Positions 30,833 to 40,953 of a DNA stretch of 64,000 nucleotides are shown here, piece after piece. A program made the position numbers and the translations under genes. Position 1 is the first letter of the stretch. The number at the start of each line of letters is the position of its first letter. The notes beneath the pieces are model-generated. The model was not told the DNA's origin, searched no databases, and saw only the letters and a list, made by a program, of their open reading frames with translations. The DNA comes from Coleofasciculus sp. B1-GNL1-01 (GTDB taxonomy: Bacteria; Cyanobacteriota; Cyanobacteriia; Cyanobacteriales; Coleofasciculaceae): the NCBI GenBank assembly GCA_040220235.1, contig JAVJTO010000017.1; one strand, written 5' to 3'.

Positions 30833-33800
30833 ATGTATCGTCATTTATACCGTCTTAGTGTTGTTACTGCCTCCTTACTCATTGGGGTGAGTTGTCCGTT
30901 ACCAGGGGTGGGGAATAGTGGGGGAAGTGGTGCTGCTTTGGCGCAGGCGCAGACAAGAGAAGAACGGAATAACGAGGCGCTGCGCCTATTAGAAGTAGGA
31001 GTTCAGCAGTATCAGCAAGGTCAGTTTGGAGAAGCTTTGGAGACGCTTCAAACTGTTTTAGTTATTGTCAGAGAAACTGGAGAGCGCCAATATGAAGGAA
31101 TAACTCTCCTCGGTATTGGGAGAGTTTACCAAAGCCTGGGACAGTACCCACAAGCGTTGGAGTCTTTTCAACAAGCTTTAGCCATTGCCCAAGACATTGG
31201 TGATCGGGCAGGAGAAGGTACAAGGCTCAGCAATATTGGGTCAGTTTACCGCAACCTGGGACAGTACCCACAAGCGTTGGAGTTTTATCAACAAGCCTTA
31301 GCCATTGTCCAAGACATTGGTGATAGGAGAGGAGAAGGTGCAACACTCAACAATATTGGGGAAGTTTATCGCAATCTGGGACAGTACCCACAAGCGTTGG
31401 AGTTTTATCAACAAGCTTTAGCCATTCGCACTGAAATTGGTGATAAGAGAGGAGAAGTTACAACACTCAACAATATTGGGTTAGTTTACGACAACTTGGG
31501 ACAGTACCCAAAAGCGCTGGAGTCTTATCAACAAGCTTTAGCCATTCTCCAAGACATTGGTGACTCTTCAGGAGAAGGTGCGATACTCAGCAATATTGGG
31601 TTAGTTTACTCCAACTTGGGACAGTACCCACAAGCGTTGGAGTCTTTTCAACAAGTCTTAGCCATTGCCCAAGATATTGGTGATAAGAGAGGAGAAGTTG
31701 TAACACTCAACAATATTGGGGTAGTTTACTTAAACTTGGGACAATACCCACAAGCGTTGGAGTCTTTTCAAAAAGTCTTAGCCATTGCCCAAGATATTGG
31801 TGACTCTTCAGGAGAAGGTAAAACGCTCAACAATATTGGGTTAGTTTACTTCAACTTGGGACAATACCCACAAGCGTTGGAGTCTTTTCAACAAGTCTTA
31901 GCCATTGCCCAAGATATTGGTGACTCTTCAGAAGAAGGTAAAACGCTCAACAATATTGGGGCAGTTTACGACAGCCTGGGACAGTACCCAAAAGCGCTGG
32001 AATATTATCAACAAGCTTTAGCCATTGCCCAAGATATTGGTGACTCTTCAGGAGAAGGTAAAACGCTCAACAATATTGGGTTAGTTTACTCCAACTTGGG
32101 ACAATACCCAAAGGCGTTGGAGTCTTATCAACAAGCCTTAGCCATTGCCACGGAAATTGGTAACCGGGCATTGGAAGGGACAACGCTCAATAATATTGGG
32201 GGAGTTTATCGCAATCTGGGACAGTACCCAAAAGCGTTGGAGAATTATCAACAAGCCTTAGCCATTCACACGGAAATTGGTGATAAGAGAAGAGAAGGTT
32301 CGACGCTCAACAGTATTGGGTTAGTTTACTCCAACTTGGGACAATACCCACAAGCGTTGGAGTACTATCAACAAGCTTTAGCCATTGCCCAAGATATTGG
32401 TGACTCTTCAGGAGAAGGTAAAACGCTCAACAATATTGGGGCAGTTTACGGCTACCTGGGAGAGTACCCACAAGCGTTGGAATATTATCAACAAGCCTTA
32501 GCCATTCACAAGGAAATTGGTAACAAGGGAGGAGAAGGGACAACGCTCAACAATATTGGGGAAGTTTATCGCAATCTGGGACAGTACCCACAAGCGTTGG
32601 AATCTTATCAAAAAGCCTTAGCCATTGCCACGGAAATTGGTAACAAGGGAGGAGAAGGGACAACGCTCAATAATATTGGGGGAGTTTACGCCGACCTAGG
32701 ACAGTACCGACAAGCGTTGGAATCTCATCAAAAAGCCTTAGCCATTGCCACGGAAATTGGTAACCGGGCAGTAGAAGGTACAACGCTCAACAATATTGGG
32801 TTGATTTACAATATACAAGGTAAGTATTCCCAAGCCGAAATCACCTTATTCGCAGCTATTGAGGTTTGGGAGTCACTGCGACAACGAAACTTAAAAGATG
32901 ACCAGAAAATCTCCATTTTTGAACGGCAAGCGACTACCTACCTTTGGCTGCAATATGCCTTAGTCGCACAGAATAAAATTGACAAAGCCTTAGAAATTGC
33001 CGAACGCAGTCGCGGACGTGCCTTGGTGGAGTTATTAGACTCAAAACTCTCACAAAACCCCAGCAATCAACTCAATATCAAACCCCCAACCCTTCAAGAA
33101 ATTAAGCAAATTGCCTCTGAACAAAACGCCACACTGGTTCAGTATTCCACAATAGGGTATGAAGCTATCTACATCTGGGTTATCAAACCCACCGGAGAAA
33201 TTGCCTTTAAACAAGTAGACCTCAAATCCCTGAACACATCCCTACAAGAACTTGTTACCACCAGCCGTGATAATATTGGTGTCAGAGGTCGCAGTCTCTT
33301 CGATGTAACCGTCGTCAATCCCCAACCCGAAAACTCAACCGAAAAATTACGGCAACTCCATAAACTACTCATCGCCCCCATTGCCGACTTGCTACCCAAA
33401 GACCCCAACGAGCGAGTCATCTTCATCCCGCAAGCCTCCCTCTTTCTCGTCCCCTTCCCCGCCCTGCAAGACGAGCAAGGCAACTATTTAGTCGAAAAAC
33501 ATACCATCCTCACCGCACCCGCCATCCAAGTTCTCGACTTAACCCGCAAGCAGAAGCCAAACACTCAAAACTCAACCGGAGATGTGCTAGTCGTCGGCAA
33601 TCCTACCATGCCCAAAATCCAATTTGGGGAATTAGTTGCCAACTTAACTCCTCTCCCTGGTGCAGAACGAGAAGCCAATCAAATTGCCGACTTCTTCAAC
33701 ACCGAAGCCCTGATAGGTAGCCAAGCCACCAAAGCAGCAGTGATGGAGAAAATGCAGCAGGCACGCATCATTCATCTAGCCACCCACGGCTTACTCCATG

Positions 33801-34204
33801 ATTTTAAAGGCTTTGGCGTACCAGGAGCGATCGCCCTTGCCCCTTCCGGTAAACCTGATGATGTAGTTGATGGTTTACTCACCGCCGGGGAAATCTTCGA
33901 CATGAAACTCTCTGCTGATTTAGTCGTCCTCAGCGCTTGCGACACCGGGCGCGGCGACATAAAAGGAGATGGTGTCATTGGCTTATCTCGCTCGTTAATA
34001 TCTGCCGGAGTTCCCAGCATTTTAGTCTCCCTCTGGGCAGTTAACGATGATTCTACCGCCTTTTTAATGACAGAATTTTACCGCAATTTACAACAAAATC
34101 CTGACAAAGCCGTTGCCCTACGTCAGGCAATGCTGACAACAATGAAACAATATCCTAATCCTAAACAATGGGCAGCATTTACCCTCATCGGTGAGGCTGA
34201 GTAA
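30833..34204 (+). CDS. TPR-repeat CHAT-domain protein with N-terminal signal-like segment
   Basis: About 15-16 40-aa TPR units; CHAT motifs IHLATHG, LSACDTG, SLWAVND, WAAF. Confidence 0.93.
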   Translation: MYRHLYRLSVVTASLLIGVSCPLPGVGNSGGSGAALAQAQTREERNNEALRLLEVGVQQYQQGQFGEALETLQTVLVIVRETGERQYEGITLLGIGRVYQSLGQYPQALESFQQALAIAQDIGDRAGEGTRLSNIGSVYRNLGQYPQALEFYQQALAIVQDIGDRRGEGATLNNIGEVYRNLGQYPQALEFYQQALAIRTEIGDKRGEVTTLNNIGLVYDNLGQYPKALESYQQALAILQDIGDSSGEGAILSNIGLVYSNLGQYPQALESFQQVLAIAQDIGDKRGEVVTLNNIGVVYLNLGQYPQALESFQKVLAIAQDIGDSSGEGKTLNNIGLVYFNLGQYPQALESFQQVLAIAQDIGDSSEEGKTLNNIGAVYDSLGQYPKALEYYQQALAIAQDIGDSSGEGKTLNNIGLVYSNLGQYPKALESYQQALAIATEIGNRALEGTTLNNIGGVYRNLGQYPKALENYQQALAIHTEIGDKRREGSTLNSIGLVYSNLGQYPQALEYYQQALAIAQDIGDSSGEGKTLNNIGAVYGYLGEYPQALEYYQQALAIHKEIGNKGGEGTTLNNIGEVYRNLGQYPQALESYQKALAIATEIGNKGGEGTTLNNIGGVYADLGQYRQALESHQKALAIATEIGNRAVEGTTLNNIGLIYNIQGKYSQAEITLFAAIEVWESLRQRNLKDDQKISIFERQATTYLWLQYALVAQNKIDKALEIAERSRGRALVELLDSKLSQNPSNQLNIKPPTLQEIKQIASEQNATLVQYSTIGYEAIYIWVIKPTGEIAFKQVDLKSLNTSLQELVTTSRDNIGVRGRSLFDVTVVNPQPENSTEKLRQLHKLLIAPIADLLPKDPNERVIFIPQASLFLVPFPALQDEQGNYLVEKHTILTAPAIQVLDLTRKQKPNTQNSTGDVLVVGNPTMPKIQFGELVANLTPLPGAEREANQIADFFNTEALIGSQATKAAVMEKMQQARIIHLATHGLLHDFKGFGVPGAIALAPSGKPDDVVDGLLTAGEIFDMKLSADLVVLSACDTGRGDIKGDGVIGLSRSLISAGVPSILVSLWAVNDDSTAFLMTEFYRNLQQNPDKAVALRQAMLTTMKQYPNPKQWAAFTLIGEAE
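31080..32830 (+). repeat. Intragenic 120-bp tandem repeats encoding TPRs
   Basis: ACA(G/A)TACCCA recurs every 120 bp from 31141 to 32581, with variants at 32461 and 32701. Confidence 0.95.
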
Positions 34205-34374
34205 TCAGCACAGAAGCGAACCCTTGGAACGAAACTCAACCCCATCGTTAGCCTGTTGGGTAACGCTTACGCTCTACCCAACCTACAAGAGCATTTTGGT
34301 AAAACTGACATGCTCCCGATAGACAGTGCGATCGCGTGTGGATTAGAACTTGGAAAAGAAAACCTGTTTTCTTA

Positions 34375-34383
34375 TGTTATAAT
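34375..34383 (+). promoter_or_regulatory. Extended -10 promoter candidate (TGTTATAAT)
   Basis: Perfect TGnTATAAT ~7 nt upstream of a structured region. Confidence 0.55.
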
Positions 34384-34389
34384 TTTATT

Positions 34390-34714
34390 CGGTCGTTGTA
34401 CCCACCTAGCTGACTAAGAGGCCACCCTTTGGGTATAAAGTATGTACTCGGCAGAGACTAGGGAATCAGAAAAGCCGCTGGATCTAAAGATGTCCATGCT
34501 GCTCTGCCCGTAAAATCGGAAAACCTTACAAGCTATCTAAGAATTTCTGCCTTGGGAATCAGGGCAGCTGCGTGGGTTCTCCCATTGAGGAGATAAAGGT
34601 TAGGTGACTAACCAGAAACGCTGAGTAAGACCAATATACTTTCGGGTATGGCGGCATCGGCGAATGAGACACGAAGCTTACATCATAATCTTCGATTTGA
34701 TGTAGGTAGTTCAC
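34390..34714 (+). ncRNA. Candidate structured ncRNA, IS200/IS605 (TnpB) right-end omegaRNA-like
   Basis: At least five clear helices; ends GAAGCTTACATCA-hairpin-GGTAGTTCAC like cyanobacterial IS605-group right ends; one frame resembles a TnpB C-terminal remnant. Confidence 0.6.
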
Positions 34715-34762
34715 ACTGTAATAGTAGAGCGATCGCTACTCTAGCCCTGAAACTATCTCCCC

Positions 34763-35485
34763 ATGACTTCCACCGTTCCCTCACCCAACTCCACTCTCCC
34801 CAACCATACCCAACTCCCCGAATCTGATGGTTCTTTTGTGAAGAATTTCCAAGAACATCCCCAAAGTATCCTATTAACGGATTCTATAGAACCTATTCTC
34901 CAAGAACGTCATCCTAACGGGCGTTATTGTATTGGTCAAGATTGCGGGATTTATTGGCGGATGACAGAACCCCCCGAACGCGGTGCAGAAGCACCCGATT
35001 GGTTCTATGTCCCGAATGTTTCGCCAACCCTCAATGGTCAAGTACGGCGTTCCTACGTCCTTTGGCAAGAGTTAATTCCTCCATTTATTGTCTTAGAATT
35101 TGCATCAGGGAACGGCGCAGAGGAAAGAGATAGAACCCCTTTATTTCCAGAAGAAGGCGGAATGCAAAAGCCAGGTAAATTCTGGATTTACGAACAAGTG
35201 ATTCGTCCAGCATTTTACGGCATTTATGAAGTCAGCCGTGCCAGTATTGAAGTCTATCACTTGATCGAAGGTCAGTATCAGGTCATTCCAGCCAACGAAC
35301 GAGGTCATTACGCGATCGCACCTTTAGGACTAGAATTGGGAATTTGGCAGGGACAGTATCAGAATATCGAATTACCGTGGCTGCGCTGGTGGGATGACCA
35401 AGGCAATCTTCTGTTAACAGGTCGTGAACGATCAGAACGGTTAGCTGCACAGTTACGAGCTGCGGGGATTGAACCTGAAGTTTAG
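34763..35485 (+). CDS. Uma2 family putative endonuclease
   Basis: LPESDG, EHPQS, IGQDCGIYW, APDWFYVP, RRSYVLWQE. Confidence 0.88.
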   Translation: MTSTVPSPNSTLPNHTQLPESDGSFVKNFQEHPQSILLTDSIEPILQERHPNGRYCIGQDCGIYWRMTEPPERGAEAPDWFYVPNVSPTLNGQVRRSYVLWQELIPPFIVLEFASGNGAEERDRTPLFPEEGGMQKPGKFWIYEQVIRPAFYGIYEVSRASIEVYHLIEGQYQVIPANERGHYAIAPLGLELGIWQGQYQNIELPWLRWWDDQGNLLLTGRERSERLAAQLRAAGIEPEV

Positions 35486-35531
35486 GAAATCGCCCAGACT
35501 CCAAGATATGCGATCGCACAGAGAAAAGAGT

Positions 35532-35891
35532 TCAAAAATTTCCATAGAAGTTTTGGATAAAAGACTCCAACAATTCTTTCACCTCAACCACACCACTGAC
35601 CAAACGATCATAGTCCGTAGCACTCAGCAATTCCAACTCATAACACAGCAGCAGATAATACTCCACCTCAATCGCCGAATCCCTCGCCAGCCGCAGGAAG
35701 CTGAGTCTGTCTTCCGCCTCCTCGCGATCGCACCCCTGAGCAATTTTAATCGGAATCGCTGCACAAGCCAGACGAATCTGTTGAGTTAACCCCAGTAATT
35801 CCTCTTCCGGAAACCCTCTAGTCACCTGATAAACCTCAACGGTTAACTCGTGGGCTTTATTCCATTCTTTCAACTTACGAAAATCCGTCAT
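35532..35891 (-). CDS. Four-helix-bundle protein (23S rRNA IVP / bAvd-like)
   Basis: DFRKL..W.KAHEL, FP.EE..GLT.QIR, IP..IAQGC. Confidence 0.85.
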   Translation of the reverse strand: MTDFRKLKEWNKAHELTVEVYQVTRGFPEEELLGLTQQIRLACAAIPIKIAQGCDREEAEDRLSFLRLARDSAIEVEYYLLLCYELELLSATDYDRLVSGVVEVKELLESFIQNFYGNF

Positions 35892-35978
35892 CCTTCAAAT
35901 TCTCCTTTGCTCATCAATTGGCTAAATTGTTCATCATTCATAGCGAAAAAAACCATGAACAATGAACAATCAACCCGT

Positions 35979-38225
35979 TTACGGCACTTGTAACCCCACC
36001 AATTTATCCTCTGGGATATAACTGCGGAACATGCCATTATCCGCAGAAACCATTACCAACTGCAGCAGATAATCCGGTTCCACCTGCAAATCTGCCCAGG
36101 GAACAGCCACTTCTAAACACTGCTTCAGCGCAACTTGGGCGCGACTTTTGCGGGGATGCCAGTGATAGTATTCTCCGGCTTCTTCTAACCACGTCGAACC
36201 CGTTAACAAATTAATCCCTAAATGGTGGTGAAATAAATAGTTTACCGGGGCAGTATCAGGAACCTCAGCTAAAGGGGCTGGACTATTGTGAACCGTGCGA
36301 TTCGGATAAAACCATAATAAATGCAATTCCGGGGGAATATCCTGACCAATTTGAATCCCGGCTTGAAAATCCAATCGCAGGTAAAAATTCAGGTGATCCA
36401 AACCATACCATAACCGCTGAATCACACTACTGCGGTGCATCGTTCCCCGTGCGCCACCTACTTCGATCCGACCCGCTTTATCCCAATCTTGCTCATCGCC
36501 AAAGCCATCAATCACTGGATGAATAAAACTCAGAGGTCGGTGATCGCCTTTCGATTCGTAGGTGTCTAGAGGTTGCTTGAGACTGGCAGGAATTGGTTCA
36601 TTTAATGCCTGATAAATCCCAGTCAAATGTTCCCGGAATAACTGGTCAAAAATAGCATCTTGGTTGGATGAATGACCCTCACCAAACCACCAAAACCAAT
36701 CTGAACCTTCCGCCGCATATAAGGCTTCCCAGACTTCCGGATTGTTGTCTGGTGTGGCTTCAGGATGATTGGCTAAGGTTTGCCGCGCTTGGGTGAGTAA
36801 ATCCCATGCCCGATTCTTCACGGGGTCACCAATCCAAGTGCTAAAACTACCATCCACCCATGATCCACTATGCAGTCGATCGGCTGGAAGTGTAGCATTA
36901 GGAGGAAACTGATCCAGAAATTCCGACACCGTAACCAATTTTATCTGCGGATGCGCCGAGAGTTTTTCATACAGTGAGGTAAGGAAAGGAATCCCGTCTT
37001 TTTGGTAAAATTCCCAGCAATTCTCTCCATCCAAGGCAATGGTTACTAGCCACGGTTGATCTAATCCAGTCCCTCCCTCTTGCTGTAGGCGTTTAATCGA
37101 ACGGGAAATCGCTTCTAAGTGGCTGACAAAATCCGTTGACGCCTGCTTGGGTTCCATTGATCCGTAGGAAAAGCCAATTAAATCCGATAAGCGGTGATCC
37201 CGAAACACAATTGCCAAATTCCCCTGGGGTGTCTCTAAGCGATAGGGGCGATAGAGTAACGTGGGTTCCATCAGGGTTCCGGTTTCATCCCGGTGGAAAA
37301 AGTGCTGCACTGTCCACCCCAATACCGCCTCATCGGAACAAATCCACTTAAATCCTGCCTCGGCGATATAGGGTAGAATGGCTGGACTCACCGACTGTTC
37401 TGAGGGCCACAAGCCGCGTGGTGTGCGTCCAAATCGTTCTTCATACATCTGCCACGCTTTTTGCAGGTGACGGGGAATATCTTCTTCCCACCGAAAACGC
37501 TGTAGGGGTAAAGTCATATCCGGAATCGCCACCCGTCCGGAATCGGTATTTGCCAGTAAGGGTAAAATCGGGTGAGTATAGGGCGTTGTTGTCACCTCCA
37601 ACTGACCCGCCTCTTGCATCTGGCGATGTTGAGGGATGATGCGCTTAAGGATATCTCGTTGTTTAGAATAAATCCGCTGGCGATCGCTTAATGTAAAGTT
37701 TCGTCCTTTTTCCAACCAAGCGGCAATTTCTGGGTCATCCCAAAATATTGGGTCAATCCACGCCAAGTTATGCCATGCCAGTAAATCGCTGAAATCCTGA
37801 TGCGTCCAATGATCTGCACACCAAGTTTTCCCTTTTTCTTGCCGCATCTCGTATAGTTCGGCATATCGAGGATGGGGGTCAATCAGGGTGCGGTGATTGG
37901 CATCAAAAAAATGCTCAACGATAAACTGTCGTTGATCCAGCTTGAGTTGGTCGGTTGGCGTCAGGGTCAACTCCAGATAGGGGTCAAAGGCTGTCCCCGC
38001 CATGTAATCTTCCAACTGCAAAATCAGCGACGGCACCAAGTTGACCGTTTGGTGTAACTTAGGATAGCGCTCTAACAATAGCACTAAATCCAAATAATCT
38101 TTCGTCCCATGCAGCCGCGCCCAAGGGAGGCGATACCGTCCATTTGAGCCGGACACGCTGTTGCGACTTTTATAGAGAGGTTGATGCTGATGCCAGATAA
38201 AGGCGACGTATAACGGATGACTCAT
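35979..38225 (-). CDS. Glycoside hydrolase family 57
   Basis: WHQHQP, HPILPL, GLWPSE, IALDGENCWE, AEGSDWFWW. Confidence 0.93.
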   Translation of the reverse strand: MSHPLYVAFIWHQHQPLYKSRNSVSGSNGRYRLPWARLHGTKDYLDLVLLLERYPKLHQTVNLVPSLILQLEDYMAGTAFDPYLELTLTPTDQLKLDQRQFIVEHFFDANHRTLIDPHPRYAELYEMRQEKGKTWCADHWTHQDFSDLLAWHNLAWIDPIFWDDPEIAAWLEKGRNFTLSDRQRIYSKQRDILKRIIPQHRQMQEAGQLEVTTTPYTHPILPLLANTDSGRVAIPDMTLPLQRFRWEEDIPRHLQKAWQMYEERFGRTPRGLWPSEQSVSPAILPYIAEAGFKWICSDEAVLGWTVQHFFHRDETGTLMEPTLLYRPYRLETPQGNLAIVFRDHRLSDLIGFSYGSMEPKQASTDFVSHLEAISRSIKRLQQEGGTGLDQPWLVTIALDGENCWEFYQKDGIPFLTSLYEKLSAHPQIKLVTVSEFLDQFPPNATLPADRLHSGSWVDGSFSTWIGDPVKNRAWDLLTQARQTLANHPEATPDNNPEVWEALYAAEGSDWFWWFGEGHSSNQDAIFDQLFREHLTGIYQALNEPIPASLKQPLDTYESKGDHRPLSFIHPVIDGFGDEQDWDKAGRIEVGGARGTMHRSSVIQRLWYGLDHLNFYLRLDFQAGIQIGQDIPPELHLLWFYPNRTVHNSPAPLAEVPDTAPVNYLFHHHLGINLLTGSTWLEEAGEYYHWHPRKSRAQVALKQCLEVAVPWADLQVEPDYLLQLVMVSADNGMFRSYIPEDKLVGLQVP

Positions 38226-38327
38226 CGTTAATAGTAAACGTTAAGGGTCTAGAGTTTAGGTGTGAAGAGGGGGTTCTCTCACTTTATAACTCTTAACCCT
38301 TAACGCCAAACTAAAAACGCAGAATAA

Positions 38328-38582
38328 TTACATGACTTGTTCAACTTCCACGATTTCCGGGATAAATTCCCGTAAGCGGCGTTCAATACCCATTTTCAGG
38401 GTCATGGCAGAACTGGGACAAGACCCACAAGCACCTTGTAGCCGCAGTTTTACAATCGGACCGTCGATTTCAACTAAATCAACGTTACCGCCATCAGCCA
38501 TCAGGTAAGGACGCAATTCATCGAGGACAGCTTCGACATTTTCCGAGGTTAATGCTAAGGGGGGAGATAGTGTTTGAGCCAT
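38328..38582 (-). CDS. NifU-domain (Nfu) Fe-S scaffold protein
   Basis: [23 protein letters not shown]. Confidence 0.92.
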   Translation of the reverse strand: MAQTLSPPLALTSENVEAVLDELRPYLMADGGNVDLVEIDGPIVKLRLQGACGSCPSSAMTLKMGIERRLREFIPEIVEVEQVM

Positions 38583-38918
38583 AATTCACCGAGTTTGACA
38601 GCACAACTACGTCAATCCTAGCGTTCTTTGAGCATTTTGAATGGTTGTCATCCTATAGCCCAAGGCAGAAGGCAAAAGAGTCCTTACTGGTACCTTCTCG
38701 TTTCAGCCGTCAAGAACGTTCTCACCTGTATGGCGACAGGTATACCTTGAACTTGAATAAAATTTGGTGTATGAACCAATAGTTTGTTGGACTTATCGGG
38801 ATTGTCAGGATTATCGGGGTTGTAGGGGCGAGTCGCTGCATATCGTAGGTGGTGTGAGAATTAATCTATCTCGACTCGCCCTTTTCTAAAGGTACGCGGT
38901 GTCCGATAATTCCTGATC

Positions 38919-39042
38919 AGCCGTCATGCATTTAAATTGGGTATTAGTAGCGAGCAAGATGCAAAGCCTGCGGCATGGCTTCGCTAAACGCACTACAAGG
39001 ATTTCGTCATTATTGACATTAAGGTTTAAATGCCGAACAGTT
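38919..39042. mobile_element. MITE-like element; second copy at 44685-44787
   Basis: AGC(C/T)GTCATGCATTTAAA...TTTAAATGCCGAACAG ends and near-identical interior in both copies. Confidence 0.75.
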
Positions 39043-39214
39043 TACCTGATGCAGGGCGACCCGATAAAATTAAGGGTTGGGCGATATTAATTGTATGCGG
39101 CGGGTCGCCCCTACAATATATCCTGTAACTACCTCTGACCCAAAAAACAGCAAAATCTAACACTTCCTGTCGGCGTTCCTCAGACAAGCGATTCACGATC
39201 GCTTTCCATTTCAT
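39026..39214 (-). pseudogene. Possible DUF2281-like fragment interrupted by repeat elements
   Basis: LSEERRQEVLDFAVF then reads into a REP-like unit. Confidence 0.35.
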
Positions 39215-40239
39215 CTCACACTCAGGGACGAGTTAGGTACTTTCGCCAAGGCTTCCCGCATTACTTCAGAACCTACACCCGGAATACAAGATTTTTCGGT
39301 TAAATGTCGCTTCCAAGCACGACTTCCAGGTTGTCCAGAAAATAATTGCAGGATATGGCGGGTAATTTTATTCAACTTCAATCCTTTTGCCACCCAATGA
39401 TCAATATAATCCAACATCCCTTCCACAACCTGATGGCGAGTTGGCGCTATACCTTCCTGACCAAATATCTGACAATCAGCTTGAGCAAATAGATAAGGAT
39501 TATCGTAGGCGGCGCGTCCAATCATTACCGCATCGACAAATTTTAACTGTTCCTGTACCTGTTCTAAACTCGTAAATCCGCCGTTAATCTCAATAAATAA
39601 CTGGGGAAATTCTTGTTTTAGGCGATGCACATCACTATACCGTAAAGGCGGAACTGTGCGATTTTCCTTGGGACTTAATCCCTGTAACCACGCCTTCCGC
39701 GCATGGACACTAAAGTGTTGACATCCGGCTTCTGAGACAATACGGACAAAGTTTGCCATGTCCTCATAGCGATCGCACTCATCTATGCCAATCCGATGCT
39801 TGACGGTAACTGGTATTGTAACCGCCTGAATCATCGCTTCCACCCCCCGCGCCACCCGTTCCGGTTGCGCCATCAGACAAGCACCAAAGTTCCCATTTTG
39901 CACGCGATCGCTCGGACATCCTACGTTAAGATTAATCTGGTCATACCCCATCCCTTCAGCAATTCGGGCGCATTCGGCAAGTTCTAGGGGATTATCTCCC
40001 CCCACTTGCAGCACTAAGGGTTTCTCTTCGGGGGAAAAACCCAACAGGCGATCGCGATCGCCATGTATAATTGCTGCACTGGTTACCATCTCGGTATAGA
40101 GGAGAGTGCAGCGGGTAATCTGGCGCATAAAATACCGAAAATGGCGATCCGTGCGATCCATCATCGGTGCAATACTTAACGGATAAGTTACCGGGATGGT
40201 GTGAGGTTGAGGTAGAACGACGGTATTGGAACTGACCAT
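39211..40239 (-). CDS. dusA: tRNA-dihydrouridine synthase A
   Basis: APMMDRTDRHFR, NLNVGCPSDRVQNG.FGACLM, HARKAWLQGLSPKENR. Confidence 0.95.
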   Translation of the reverse strand: MVSSNTVVLPQPHTIPVTYPLSIAPMMDRTDRHFRYFMRQITRCTLLYTEMVTSAAIIHGDRDRLLGFSPEEKPLVLQVGGDNPLELAECARIAEGMGYDQINLNVGCPSDRVQNGNFGACLMAQPERVARGVEAMIQAVTIPVTVKHRIGIDECDRYEDMANFVRIVSEAGCQHFSVHARKAWLQGLSPKENRTVPPLRYSDVHRLKQEFPQLFIEINGGFTSLEQVQEQLKFVDAVMIGRAAYDNPYLFAQADCQIFGQEGIAPTRHQVVEGMLDYIDHWVAKGLKLNKITRHILQLFSGQPGSRAWKRHLTEKSCIPGVGSEVMREALAKVPNSSLSVR

Positions 40240-40354
40240 TGGGTTGTAGAATTTGTCTGGATGCGATCGCGGTTTGTATCAGATCCAGACTAACAACTCA
40301 GGGACTTCCCAAACATATAGCAGACAAGCTACTTAAGTGAACGACAACACCTGA

Positions 40355-40588
40355 TCACGATCGATCTTCAATCCCAATCGTTAAATCTTCTAACGCTTGT
40401 TCGACTTCACCCAATTCCTGTTCCGTGGATGGATCAAGTTCCTCTGTCGCCTCTGAGTCAGTATCGGCTTCATAGCTTTCCATCACCTCATTAACAGCAT
40501 CTTTGTTCAATGTGGGATCGTGGGTAACGCGGGTAGCATCCTGATTTTGGCGGATTGACTGTTCCTTTGTCATGGGTAATTGATTCAT
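40355..40588 (-). CDS. Small acidic hypothetical protein
   Basis: 77-aa ORF with AAGGA RBS-like sequence. Confidence 0.55.
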   Translation of the reverse strand: MNQLPMTKEQSIRQNQDATRVTHDPTLNKDAVNEVMESYEADTDSEATEELDPSTEQELGEVEQALEDLTIGIEDRS

Positions 40589-40953
40589 CTGTTCGCTTTT
40601 CCTTTATCAGGATGACTCCAATCCATGCCATAATCATCTATCTTCAGCTTGAGAGCGATCCTTCCCCCTAACGCTGGACAACTGTGGACACAGCCATTCG
40701 GTGTGACAGATTCGGTGTGACAGATATAGCAGTTCGCTCTGGTGTATTTACAACTCCCTTACCTGAAGCTGAGTCCAGATGAGATGTTCGTACAAACAAA
40801 GTGTAACTAGACCAGCGCGAAGCGCTATAGCCAGTCTGAGCTAATGTTATGTTAATGCAGCATGGCAGAAATAACTGACCCGCTAAAATCTCCCCTGTTT
40901 CCCCTGCTTCCATAGAGATGCTCAGAAACGTTTGCCTTCATGCACCATCCTCA

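Noticed and set aside
34447..34570. Group I intron-like words (CAGAGACTA, AAGATGTCC, AAATCGGAAAACC, GGGAATC..GCAGC) in permuted order
   Set aside because: Matches are short and out of order, no host gene is interrupted, and a TnpB/IS605-end origin explains the region better. A cmscan against group I intron models would settle it.
35532..35891. Diversity-generating retroelement suggested by the bAvd-like gene
   Set aside because: No reverse transcriptase or TR/VR pair in the window; solo four-helix-bundle genes are common.
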